Part shown: positions 42,701 through 57,456 of the stretch, piece by piece | Numbering within the stretch: the stretch's first letter is position 1 | Layout of the letters: every line of letters begins with the position of its first letter | Source: Lingula anatina | Taxonomy: Eukaryota; Animalia; Brachiopoda | Direction: 5' to 3' | Length of the DNA stretch: 64,000 nt | Assembly (NCBI GenBank): GCA_051362555.1 | Contig: CM120641.1 | Span: 38,074,401-38,138,400, forward strand | Position numbers and translations under genes: made by a program | Notes under the pieces: generated by a model | The model's input: the letters and a program-made list of their open reading frames with translations, nothing else | What the model was told of the DNA's origin: nothing | Databases searched by the model: none

Positions 42701-45375
42701 GCTAACACTGGTGTTAAAAGCAGACAGTCTTGTTCTAAATGCACATCCTCTATAGTATCATGTAGGCCATCTTGGCAGTGAAGCGAGACAATCCCTAAAA
42801 TACTTAAGATGAGTCTGACTTATATAACTAGTGGACTCATATACTACTTGGTTCTGAGATTATATAAGTATGGGACAGAAATTTACCTTTATAAGACAGT
42901 GATATAACTTACACACTAGATACAGAAGATAAAAATCCTTATTAGTCAAGTCAATACAAACTGTTGCTCTTCACAAAATGTTGTGCTTTCATGCCCTTGC
43001 CTCAAATACCAGCTAGCTTCCTGTTAGTGATTTTCTTTAATGACTCACTAGCTTTGCACATTTAATGGTTGCTCTTACTCATTTACCTGTTTGAAGCTTC
43101 AAACATATGCTTTAAGTATATAAAACATCCTGACATTTGAAGAGCAATAAATTTTACCACTAAATTCGATAAAATGTGTTGATTTTCATACTAATTCTTT
43201 CACATTCTGCATATATATGCACACAATATATTTTAAAAGAAAGACTGTTTTACACAAGGTGGACATGAGGATTGCCCAGGCACCAAAGCCATGCTAATGA
43301 AATCTCTCTGTCAACTGTAGTCCAGCACTTGTAAGTGTTAAAAAGAAAATAAGCAATTTAGGGAAAAAATGACAGAAGAAAATTGCTTTGCTTTTTCAAC
43401 TCTTCAAATCAATGGTCATGAGATACATAGCTAAGCTACTATATAAATATAGTTCATGTTTGGGCACATTTTATGGCAAACTGACAGATCTGGCAATCTG
43501 AACCATCAAATCCCACGAAAGACAAATATCTGTGTTCCCTTGACAATGACGAAGAGAAACACTCAATGGGTAAAAGAGACTTTTTATCAATTGCATCACT
43601 TTTTTGTGTGGTTATATTATCTCCAGGACGAACTAAATCCTAAGAGAGAAAATGATTTTACTTGATTTTAACAGAAATGGAGCAATGATTGTGTCATATA
43701 CCAGCTGCAGACAAGTCGACAGTTTTCATATCACGCCACAGACAGGGTATGCAGACATGTCAAGTCAGTCCCACCACGTGGCTTCAACTATTTCATGCAG
43801 CATTATCATCTGAAACAATAGCAGCGGGATCACATTTCTTCAGGACACTACTGTTCTGCACTCAAATAAGGGAATGCTATCACATTTTTATGCAAAAAAA
43901 AGGATGAATTCAACTTTCTAAGTAAGACATGGCCTTTTAATTTAAGAGTCTTAACATTACAATACTGACCTCTGTGATGATAAAGTAACAAATTTTTTCA
44001 ATTAACTAAAAAAAATGATCTTTTTTTTAGAATTAAATATCTAAAACAAGAGATGTCTGTTAGCACCTGCAATGCTGTCAAACAGAGTCCATTCTGTAAT
44101 TAGACACTTGCATGTCATTTTCAAAATCTGACAGCATACATATACTCCACATGTTCTTAATAAGAACAATTACCTACAGAGTCCTTCTGGATCCTTGTTA
44201 GCATGCAAGTAACATGTTGCACATTATTAATAGCGTCTATTAGTCTCATCCACCTTATGCAGACTAACAAGATATGCAAGAGTACTTAAGGAGTAAAATT
44301 TACCAAGGCTAATGATGCATCTCCACAGATGCAAATGCCCTATTGGTAGACATCAAGAGCCCATTGTTGACATGTACAAATATGGGAGGGAATTGCTATT
44401 ATACAATCAGTTGTATAATTAACAAATTTTTTTAGTAACAGGGACATCTAGGAGTGTTTAAAGTTTTCTAGTCCATGCAGGCATTATGTCATCTATGTAT
44501 ATTCACTTTGAATGTGTGCATATGTATGTGTGAACATAAAAGAACATAAAAGAAAAGTGTTTGAAAAGTTTGATAGGTAAGGTATGGTATCAGGAAAAGG
44601 GAGGTATACGAGGAGATTAAGAATAAGAAGATTTACATGTTTGATCATGTGCATGGAGCTTATAATATGCATAAAGGTAAACGCAAAATTCCAATCAATA
44701 TCTCCCTAACCAGTAGCACTATCAAACAAGAACAAAAAGTTGGACACTAATTATTGAAGACCCTTAAAAGAAAAGATGAATAACAGACAAATGCAAAAAA
44801 AATTGTCCCTTTATCCATTTTGAGTTTTTTATAAACTGCTCAGTGCTGTGCTCAGTATATATCAGTCTTTTGCAGGGATTTCACAACTTGCATTTCAACA
44901 AACTTAAAAGACTAAGAATATTATGGTCATATCCTTCTGTTGTGGCAACATAATAAGAAGTGGTATATTATGGTGCTTTTAAATTGAATATTTTTTACTT
45001 CTTACAGTATTAATGAGGGCTTATGTTCACAAGCAATAACAAAATTCAATCAAGGCCAAACCTTTTTCAAGTGTCATTAGCAAATGCATTACGACCAGAC
45101 AACTACTAGTTCTATATCACCCATTAAAATGACTGGACACCCAAGTAACTATTGCCAACAAGGGTAATGCCTTCATGTATTCTGCACAAATGAGGAAAAC
45201 TTTGGCAATTAAAACAGAAAATGTGTTGGATATGAGGATTAAGAACTATCTTGAAAAAATGTTTTAACTAATCCCCATGACAGAACTAACAAATGAATAA
45301 CTTATCTTTGGTCTCTTAAAAGAAGCCAAATCCATACACTCAAATCAAAAACTTGCACATGGTTAAATTTGCAAG

Positions 45376-45465
<90 letters not shown>

Positions 45466-45784
45466 TGTATTCTTTCCCCTGCAATAACATGAACAATGTC
45501 GGTACAGTTTACATCACGAAACAAGATGGCACAAAAAATTTTTTCCAACTGAGTCAACATGAGAGGATACAATTATTGCAGACAAGTAAATATTGCATGC
45601 TCTTCTATTTGTATAATGACAAGACTATTTATAAACAAGCTGAATCAAGTAGCAAAAGTTATTATGATAATAATTCCTGAGACTGGTTTTATCAACTACC
45701 TTCTGAAAGTTCGAGGTCCAGCTCGGCAAGTCTTGCTCGGACATCTAGGGGAAGTTTAGAGATATCGATGTTTAACTCAGCCAT
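12775..45784 (-). CDS. DIP2: Disco-interacting protein 2 homolog (DMAP-binding domain plus two AMP-binding/FAAL-like domains), ~41 coding exons
   Basis: First exon 45700-45784 MAELNIDISKLPLDVRARLAELDLELSE, joined to 39906-39986 GDITQKGFEKKRARLL. Further exons 38896-38988, 36567-36692, 30838-31044, 30337-30492, 29605-29660 (VSAKIQQLLNTLK), then RPKRKPLKEYF, GLPRNLEAAVQRYG, DAGAQGIGFLLGS, GWPKLHWFVTE, CVLDFKKDVGLWHG, LRMLLVADGANPWS, RGVLSMQGLSYGVVRVD, TGRRHNTDDIIATVLAVEP, SFQWMSRVLQAVDSIH, YLDFSVSTTGMLAG, VAEERPRI, YARTGFLGF. Last exon 12775-13027 ends KQRMHLRDGFLADQLDPIYVAYNM*. Confidence 0.97.
17095..17190. repeat. ~48-bp tandem duplication
   Basis: tttcttagatatca...tgactatgaa.a.aact.gtaaaatg occurs twice. 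Confidence 0.75.
23440..24135. repeat. Degenerate ~310-340-bp tandem repeat (2 units plus a partial third) in a DIP2 intron
   Basis: aacagcataatgacc.tcaatttttaataataaaatat...cagaaaatgtgactagca...gcccatggaacttcaaagtcaca at ~23678 and ~24016; partial copy at ~23450. Confidence 0.8.
24528..25104 (-). mobile_element. Non-autonomous Helentron-like element (HINE/pearl/DINE-1 type) with ~159-bp internal tandem units
   Basis: T-rich start, palindrome atgtacagacac..gtgtctgtacat, (GTCGCC)n microsatellite, three core units. Homologous to 58663-59383. Confidence 0.8.
28927..28981. repeat. 19-bp x3 minisatellite
   Basis: acgtaatctgggattcttt repeated at 28927, 28946 and 28965. Confidence 0.9.
32234..32284 (-). 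CDS. DIP2: Candidate 51-nt DIP2 cassette exon (GRNSSTLSGTLLRNRWL)
   Basis: tttattattgacag acceptor, gtaagt donor, open frame, phase 1-1 matching the flanking exons. Confidence 0.55.
33364..33400 (-). CDS. DIP2: Candidate alternative first coding exon of DIP2 (MDSSLRSLILYE)
   Basis: gtcATGG start, 12 codons + 1 nt, gtaagt donor. In frame with exon 30838-31044. Confidence 0.45.
36098..36215. repeat. Direct repeat of ~35 bp at 83-bp spacing
   Basis: aggtagccaatctaatcct..tgtcc..accaca occurs twice. Confidence 0.7.
37858..37938. repeat. 40-bp tandem duplication
   Basis: caagtgctctcatcaatacaatgtat.ctatgtt.actat occurs twice. Confidence 0.85.
45380..45461. repeat. (GA)n microsatellite, ~40 units, in DIP2 intron 1
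   Basis: Perfect AG dinucleotide run. Confidence 0.97.
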
Positions 45785-46001
45785 TGTATCCTCTTGTGTT
45801 TTCCTAACACAGATTTTTCTTTGCCGTGGTCTATGCCAATGTTTTTAAACCGATCTTCCTGCTGTCGCCATTTTGTGACTTATACCACACCTAAGTCTCG
45901 CGTAATCAGACGAGTGCGCGAGAGTTGTTCGAGGTTATGGCGACTGGGAGTTAGCTTCATCATCCACTTATTTAGTGAATAACATTCGAAGTAAATAAAA
46001 A
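45785..46001. promoter_or_regulatory. Bidirectional promoter and 5'UTRs of DIP2 and CNPPD1
   Basis: Only 217 bp between divergent ATGs. CpG-rich, with YY1-like cgccattttg (~45866) and atggcg (~45937), plus tctcgcg and cgcgaga half-palindromes. Confidence 0.75.
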
Positions 46002-50953
<4,952 letters not shown>

Positions 50954-51711
50954 GAACAATCATGCTCAATTAAATTTAGGTTTCCTAATGGATGCTGGAA
51001 GAAACTGCAACCTAAAGTGTTTGGTTTTTAAACTTTATTTTTTAAAATCAGTGACTACTGTGTCAACCAGTTAAAGATCAAAAAAGTAATTATTTTGAAA
51101 TTGTAGATCAAAAGCTGTACTTTTTTAGATGAAGTTTGGATTTTCATACAAGCCATGATCATTCTAAATTTGCTGGTCAAATAAATGTTGAATTTCAGCA
51201 TTTTTGCAGCTATTCTTGTTTTCATTTACTTTAAAAGGTGGGTGTGTGTATCTTGAGAACTGATACCTCTTGACCCCTTTCAATGTGTTACGTTTACTGA
51301 GTGGCTTTGTTTGGTTATGAGGCAGGTTGCTTTCGAAAATCGGCACAATCAATTTACATTTACGGTAATTACTCTCCTTTTTTTTTTTTTTTTTTTTTTG
51401 TGAAGTTTCCATTTTTCACACATAAGCATTTTCAGTGGCTTTTAAATCCCATGGAACTGAATCACTTGCTAGCTTTTCAATGTCTATGTTACCTGTTGTA
51501 CATAATGTAAGAGGGTAAGAGTGATTATCCTGTTTTAACGCATTATGTAACAGTGGATCAAAATTTGCCAAAACATTATTCTGTGCACTTTTCTGTATGC
51601 TCTCTGAACATTTGACAGCTTTGCTGCCCTGTTTCCTGTATGGTGTCTGCATATTTGCCAGCTTTGCTATTTAGTTAAAGAAGATTTTAATGTTTATTCC
51701 CATAAATTTAC

Positions 51712-52130
51712 TTTGCTTTGGGGCAGAAGAAAAGCTCCTGTGGGGTTTGTTGTCCAAGACCCCATTCCCAGAGATTAGATCGATCCGAACTAGATCGACC
51801 TAACTCCCTGGGGGTTCACACTAAATAGCTGTCAGCCGAGCGGGCATGAAAGTTAATTAACCCCTTACAGCTTGTAGTAGGCGGGAAGGACATTTAAGCC
51901 GGATTATCTGACAGTAAACTAGTGAGACTCCCTACGGGTATAGATCGATCTAAATGTCTGGGAATACGCCCTAAATCCAAACAGTCTTCGCCCAGTATGG
52001 ATCCTGCAAACAAATGAAAGTGGTATTTTTTTTCCCATTCTTCAAGAATATCTTAAAGAAATTCCGTCCAAAAGCTGTAGACACTTCTAAATATCTTTAA
52101 TTTTCTTAAAAAAAGAAACTCCTTGCAAGG
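51712..52130 (-). pseudogene. Decayed partial duplicate of the D-amino-acid oxidase gene: exon-3 copy interrupted by a MITE, with possible scraps of exon 2 and the exon 1/intron 1 junction
   Basis: 51712-52003, minus the MITE and target-site duplication, is a 75-nt copy of the 77-nt exon 55353-55429 with acceptor and donor retained and a 2-nt deletion. Weak collinear similarity at ~52053-52084 and ~52106-52129. Confidence 0.8.
51758..51971. mobile_element. PIF/Harbinger-like MITE (214 bp) with 3-bp TAA/CAA target-site duplication
   Basis: Terminal inverted repeats gaccccattcccaga / tctgggaatacgccc, flanked by caa (51755-57) and taa (51972-74). Removing the element and one flank copy restores GGA TTT AGA of the host exon. 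Confidence 0.85.
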
Positions 52131-52169
52131 TTCATTTTGAAAGTTGCATCTTTAAAAGTTCAAAACTTC

Positions 52170-52366
52170 ATTTTTGGGGCCTGCTGAAGGTCCCGAAAAA
52201 TGTTGGTATTTCAGTGGGCAAACGGTGCCATTTGGTACGGTTTAGAATTGTGAATTAGCTGGTCAAAATTCTAATTTCAAGAGGCAACAATAGGTGTGAT
52301 TTTTTTCAGAAATCAAAGGGAGAGTCAAGACCTCCCCCCCCCCCCCCCCCCCCAAATCTGCCATTG
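52170..52366. mobile_element. Fragment of a short CAGTGGCGGA-type non-autonomous element
   Basis: PolyC tract followed by terminal aaatctgccattg. The other end was not found. Confidence 0.4.
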
Positions 52367-52830
52367 TCAAAGTGATAGGTCTATACCAGGTTCAAGTATG
52401 TTAAGACTCGTGATCATTATTAATTATCATAAAGTCATATTTTTTATAATATATATCAAACATTTAGTTAAGTGTGATATGAAAAAAGAAATTTTATTTC
52501 ATGACATTAGATATTTCACATAACAACCGAACGAATTCTTAAGTTTGTTTATAACTTTGCAAAGGTTGACATTCTCTCCACAGCGGCACATCTGCAGGAT
52601 TCAACTGAGGAGCTGTGGACAAAGCTCTTTGTGCACAATCTCACAATTTATGTCAATATCAGATGTCTAAAAACAAATATATACTGAATATATATAAACA
52701 TTTATACTCATTTCTCCTTGTTAAAAACTGTACCTTCTACAATTTCATTATCCCCATTATTGTAATTCTTTGTGTAAATAATACTGTTTATAAAGTAAGC
52801 TTCTTTATAATTTATGTCCATTTCACATGT

Positions 52831-55800
52831 TTAAAGTTTGGACACCACACTAGTGCCACCTATTGAGTGGGCCACTAATTTTGCTGCTTCTTTTGCACAT
52901 CCCCAGTGAGTTGTGATACCACCACCTCCATGACCGTAGTTGTAAACAATCTGAAATGGGGGAAAAAATTGATTTGAAGAACTCTGTTATTATCTTGTGA
53001 TGGATCGGAGTTCTTATTACCTAAATTTAAATGATAATTTTCCATGGCATTATGTGATTGATTTCTTGGTCACTCCAAAAATCTTGAACTTACTAAGAAA
53101 GCAAACCACTTTCTATAAACAGTATCAAAGTAGGACACTGTACTGTACCTTCAGCAGTTTTCCATCAAAAACCTTTTCTTCTTTCTCCAGCCGAATACCA
53201 GCCGACCTAGAAGGTCTCAGTCCAGCCCACTGTCCTTTGATTTCAGCATGCTGGGGGGAAAACTCATTATTTGATTAAACAAAGCAATAATTGACAATGC
53301 TAACTGTTAAGTAAGTAAATGTTTAACTGGCATCCCTTAGTGTGTAACTAATCTTGGCATTTTCTGAACATTCTTGAAATTATTTCATTAAATAGTGATC
53401 TCACCTTCAAACTGGGGATTAATTCACAACAGCTCTTCAAGATGAATATGCCATCCTGTACATCTACTTCTGTATTCCAGTCTCCAGTCTGATGTGTTCC
53501 ACCAAGTTTTACTTCATTCAGTCTGAAATAAGTATTTCATTATTTCCCCTTAAATTTGTTCTTTTATCTTTGTTCAACAAAAGATTCCAGTATTATCCAT
53601 GTTAAAATTTGACTTCAAAGCAATATTTTAAGGAGGAATTTAGTAAAGTAACTCACCCTGGAAATATATAAGTGCTGTTCCCAATACCGTAAAAATTTTT
53701 TATCCATGGTGCATTAACCTATTGGAATGAAGACAAATTTTAGCAAAGATATTGTGAACACTTTCTGTGACCTTCCTGAAAAGTTTTTACAGCTATGACA
53801 CTAACTTGATTTTTTCAATGTGAAAAATTGTGAATTTTACAGATACTGTTTTAAGTCATAAATTAGAAAATACAATAATACACTTGCCATGTAATACTCA
53901 AAATTCAAAGCTGTTTTTTTAAACTGTTTATCGCTCTTGCAATTTCAATTTCTTGTGGCTACAGGTATAATGAGAAAGTGATCAAAAACATAAATATATA
54001 AACTTGCTTACCCTGGAAGCATATAATTGAAAGAAGTTTTAGTACTATGTACTAGAAAATGCTTCAACCAAGGTGCATGGGCCTAAAATATAAAAACAGC
54101 ACTTCAATGCTGGATTTTAAGTGTACTGTGGATAGCACATGTACTAGTATTAGGTTGGTGGTAATGCTTCTTTAAATGTGGAAATACCCTGAATGTATTT
54201 TTGAGTGTTTATTAAAGGCTAATTTTGTAACTGACTGACAATGCCTCAAGCACTTTCATTATACCTGATATAAAGAGAAATGAAGAGATATTTGAAGCCA
54301 GTAATACACACACACACACACCTTGATCAACTGTCCTCTAACAGGTACAACATCTGCATCTCCCACTAGCTCTCTTGCACCAAGACCAGTGCAGATGACA
54401 GCCACATCAAAATCATATGCAAGCTACAACAAAATAACTTTCCACAATACATGATAATTTTCATGATGATATAATGTTTGTTTTCTTGAAACTGTTCATG
54501 CAATTTTTTGCAATTAAAGAGATAACTGTTCACTGATTATTGTTTAAAAATCAATATGAAGAATAAGAATAATGAAAATCGTGAGATAGAATCAAAGTCA
54601 ATTTAATACCTCTTCCAAGGTTTTGATTTTCTTCTTCAATACTTTACCATTCCTGCTTTCAAACCTGAAATTTACCGGATTGCTACAGAGTTAAGGAAAG
54701 TGCCAAGAAAAGAGGAACAAAGGTAGTCACAGAGAAATTGGCTGAGTATTTTTTTTTTTTTTTTTTTAGGAAAACCCAACGCTTTGCACCTTGCACATTG
54801 GTTCTGATGTAAAAGATTAAAAACCTTCTCTAAAACTATGTTCAATATGAAAAGCCATTTCACAATAATTTTGAACAGTAATTTCACAGCTGGCTTTAAT
54901 GTCATGATATCATCACAGCATGGTAATTACATTTTACCTTTTCAAAAGCCATCTTAAGTACATACTTGTTTCAACCTTGATAGTGGTGTAAAACCAACCA
55001 TGTCTGGAATATATGACATGCATGAAGATTATCAAAAAAAAAAATCAGTCATTAACAAAGATCAAATAAACAACCAGGTAACTGATAAATAGGAAAGCCA
55101 CAACAATTCATTAAATATAATTATAGAATTATCAAAGAGACTGTGCATATTTATTTGTCAAAATGCATTTTCCTTGAGTAAGACATTTTTCCTAATCACA
55201 AATTATTTCTCAACCTGTCCCTACACTTGGATTTCATGCTTCATTCCATTTTTAATTTAATACCTTAGTGCAACTTATATTATAACTGACCATTTATTTA
55301 TTTATTCATTTTTTTTAAGAAAAAAATTCAATTTTTATTTGTAAAAATTTACTTTGCTTTGGGGTAGAAAGAAAGCTCCTGTGGACTTAGATGCCTAAAT
55401 CCAAACACAGTCTTTGACCAATATGGATCCTGCAAACAAATGCAAGTGATATTTCAATTGTCAAATATCTGAACTAACACTCAGAGCTGCATTATAAATG
55501 TACCAGTATTGGTAATAAATATATTCTTGGTACCAGTTATAATGCAATTTGAAATAGTTTAAATCCAAATCTTCTTCACCCCTTACATCTATATTTTCCA
55601 CAAAAAGTTATGCTCTTTTAAATGCACATTGAGGACCTGGATACTAAAAAAATAAACCATAGACATTATAGTATTCCTAGATTGAAAAAAAAAGCAATGC
55701 ATCTGGTTGTACCATTCATGAAGGGCAATTAACATTGCCATATTAACCTACATGCAGTTACTGTAAATACATGTAAATACATGTACATGCTATGTACAGA

Positions 55801-56591
55801 TCCACAACTTAACTCAAACTTTCAAAGCCAATTTTACAAAAAAAGTCCAACTGCAAATTAATTGCCCCATAGCATATGTTAGTGTTTTGTGTTACCTTAA
55901 CCCAGCCTTAAAAATCTGAGAAATTTTATATGAAGTTTCAAAACTTTTTACTAAAAATGAAAAATGCCATGCCTCTCTAAAATCATCCATCCAAAAGAAT
56001 CCAGACAACAAGCCAACTCCAATCTCCCCAGCCCTCTCACCTCTGAGTAAATCTAACAAATGGTAAAAGGTGCTATCTGACCATTGCCTAAAATTGGAAA
56101 CTACATGTATTTATTCTACAAAAATAAAACATAATTGACTAATTTGATCTACCAAAATTGTAAAAGGTGAATGACTGATCTCAAATGTAACTTAATTTAT
56201 TGGTGGAAATATTTTGTACACAAATGTGCAATGTTGTAAGAGAATAAAGCTTATCATGACATGATACTGTTTAAGAAAAAATACAAATCTGTTTTTAACA
56301 AGTCTCAACTTTGAAAGTAATTCAACAACAAATTCATGACTTAAATTCATGTAAATCACACTAAAAGAAAAATTAAAAAAAGAAAAAAAACCTTTGCAAG
56401 TGGAGTGGTGTGTTTCCCAAAACATGTGGTTCCCAAAACCCTCCAGATCCATCACTAGTAGTCTCTGGGGAAAACTTCTCAGATATCAGTGTAACTCCAA
56501 CACTGGATGGAACACTTTCTGCAATGCATAGTGCCGTAGACAGTCCAACCACGCCCCCTCCGATGACAGCTACATTGATTTTCTTTTCCAT
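52831..56591 (-). CDS. DAO: D-amino-acid oxidase / D-aspartate oxidase family flavoenzyme, peroxisomal (C-terminal SKL)
   Basis: Exons 56392-56591 ([20 protein letters not shown]...[13 protein letters not shown]), 55973-56087, 55353-55429 ([12 protein letters not shown]), 54938-55003 (HGWFYTT), 54610-54664, 54322-54423 ([12 protein letters not shown]...PVRGQ), either 54012-54082 or 53657-53718, 53405-53522 ([11 protein letters not shown]), 53149-53250 (WAGLRPSR), 52831-52950 ([16 protein letters not shown]...SKL*). DAO versus DDO orthology is unresolved. Confidence 0.93.
53657..53718 (-). CDS. DAO: Oxidase alternative exon 7B ([21 protein letters not shown]), 62 nt, phase 0-2
   Basis: cttcattccaatag acceptor, gg|gtgagt donor, open frame, homologous to exon 7A. 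Confidence 0.85.
54012..54082 (-). CDS. DAO: Oxidase alternative exon 7A ([24 protein letters not shown]), 71 nt, phase 0-2
   Basis: ttttatattttag acceptor, gg|gtaagc donor, open frame, homologous to exon 7B. Confidence 0.85.
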
Positions 56592-57149
56592 CCTATAGCT
56601 GTACATCGCACCACATAAAATATATTTATTATAATTTATTGAGCATTAAAATGTGTACAGTTACATTTTACAAGCTCTCTAAACTACAGTTTTACATAAA
56701 TTGTGCACATAAGCTTAAATAAGTATAACTACTTTAGATCATTCAAATACCAAAATACATACAGTACTGTATATAAGCTAACTACTTCATAAGTGATATA
56801 TGAATATAATATAAAATATAAGTGAATAGTAAAATGTAAGGAGTGTCCACGCTCAACTGTCACCTTGATTGGTTAATCAATCCGGAAAACTGACCTTAAA
56901 ACCTCGGGAAACGTCTTTAGAACACCATTCCTGTGTGGGAATGTCTACAATTTACAAAAATGTCGAAATTGAATCAATTAAATTTACATGCACACGCCTC
57001 CTTGCAGTTGAGGCTTCACTAGAGCAAAGTACACATGGGTAATGCAGACAATTACGGAAAGAGAAAACCTCATCCACAGTGTATAAGGTAGGCTACCAAA
57101 ATATTTTTACAAAGGAATGAATTTAAGTTAAACTTGTGTGATATAGTAC

Positions 57150-57456
57150 CTTTGACAAGGAGATCGGTGTGTCGGTCCAAGTCTTCCGATAATGTTTTCC
57201 GAAGCGAGGCAATACGGCGGAGGTCATGTTTGGGAGCATTTTGCATTTATATTCATTGTTCCCTGCTATCAAGACGTTCATTTTTGTTAAATTTCAAAGT
57301 CAAAGAAACGGTTAGTATTTTTTCATTAAAATAAAACTACATTTTTATAGAGTTTGATATGATATATAATAACGAAACAATACTGCACTATTGCACACAA
57401 CTCCGTGTAAAGGGAGCACGTTTGTCATTGGTACTTTCGGCACTTTGATCAGCAAG
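57150..57456. promoter_or_regulatory. Candidate shared promoter region of the oxidase (-) and MICOS13 (+), including a probable non-coding oxidase first exon
   Basis: CpG-enriched stretch. Minus-strand donor caaag|gtacta near 57150 and acceptor tatag| immediately before the oxidase ATG. Confidence 0.5.

Noticed and set aside
45302-45680. ORFs with poly-ER and poly-SL
   Set aside because: They are translations of the (GA)n microsatellite.
51262-51340. Possible relic of oxidase exon 5 (FESN...aagag|gtatca)
   Set aside because: Similarity is limited to a few bases at each end and the length is wrong.
52577-52619. Hairpin tccacagc...gctgtgga containing ctgagga, considered as a hammerhead ribozyme or SECIS element
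   Set aside because: Only an 8-bp stem, no complete three-helix core with GAAA, and no in-frame UGA gene needing a SECIS.
53611-54300. Docking/selector-type RNA pairing around the alternative exons (gatatttgaagcc versus gacttcaaagc)
   Set aside because: Complementarity of about 8 bp is expected by chance in AT-rich introns. Frameshift plus NMD is enough to explain exclusivity.
55345-55455. Apparent empty site of a repeat matching the flanks of the 51.8-kb MITE
   Set aside because: It is the functional 77-nt oxidase exon 3. The 51.7-52.0-kb copy is the derived relic.
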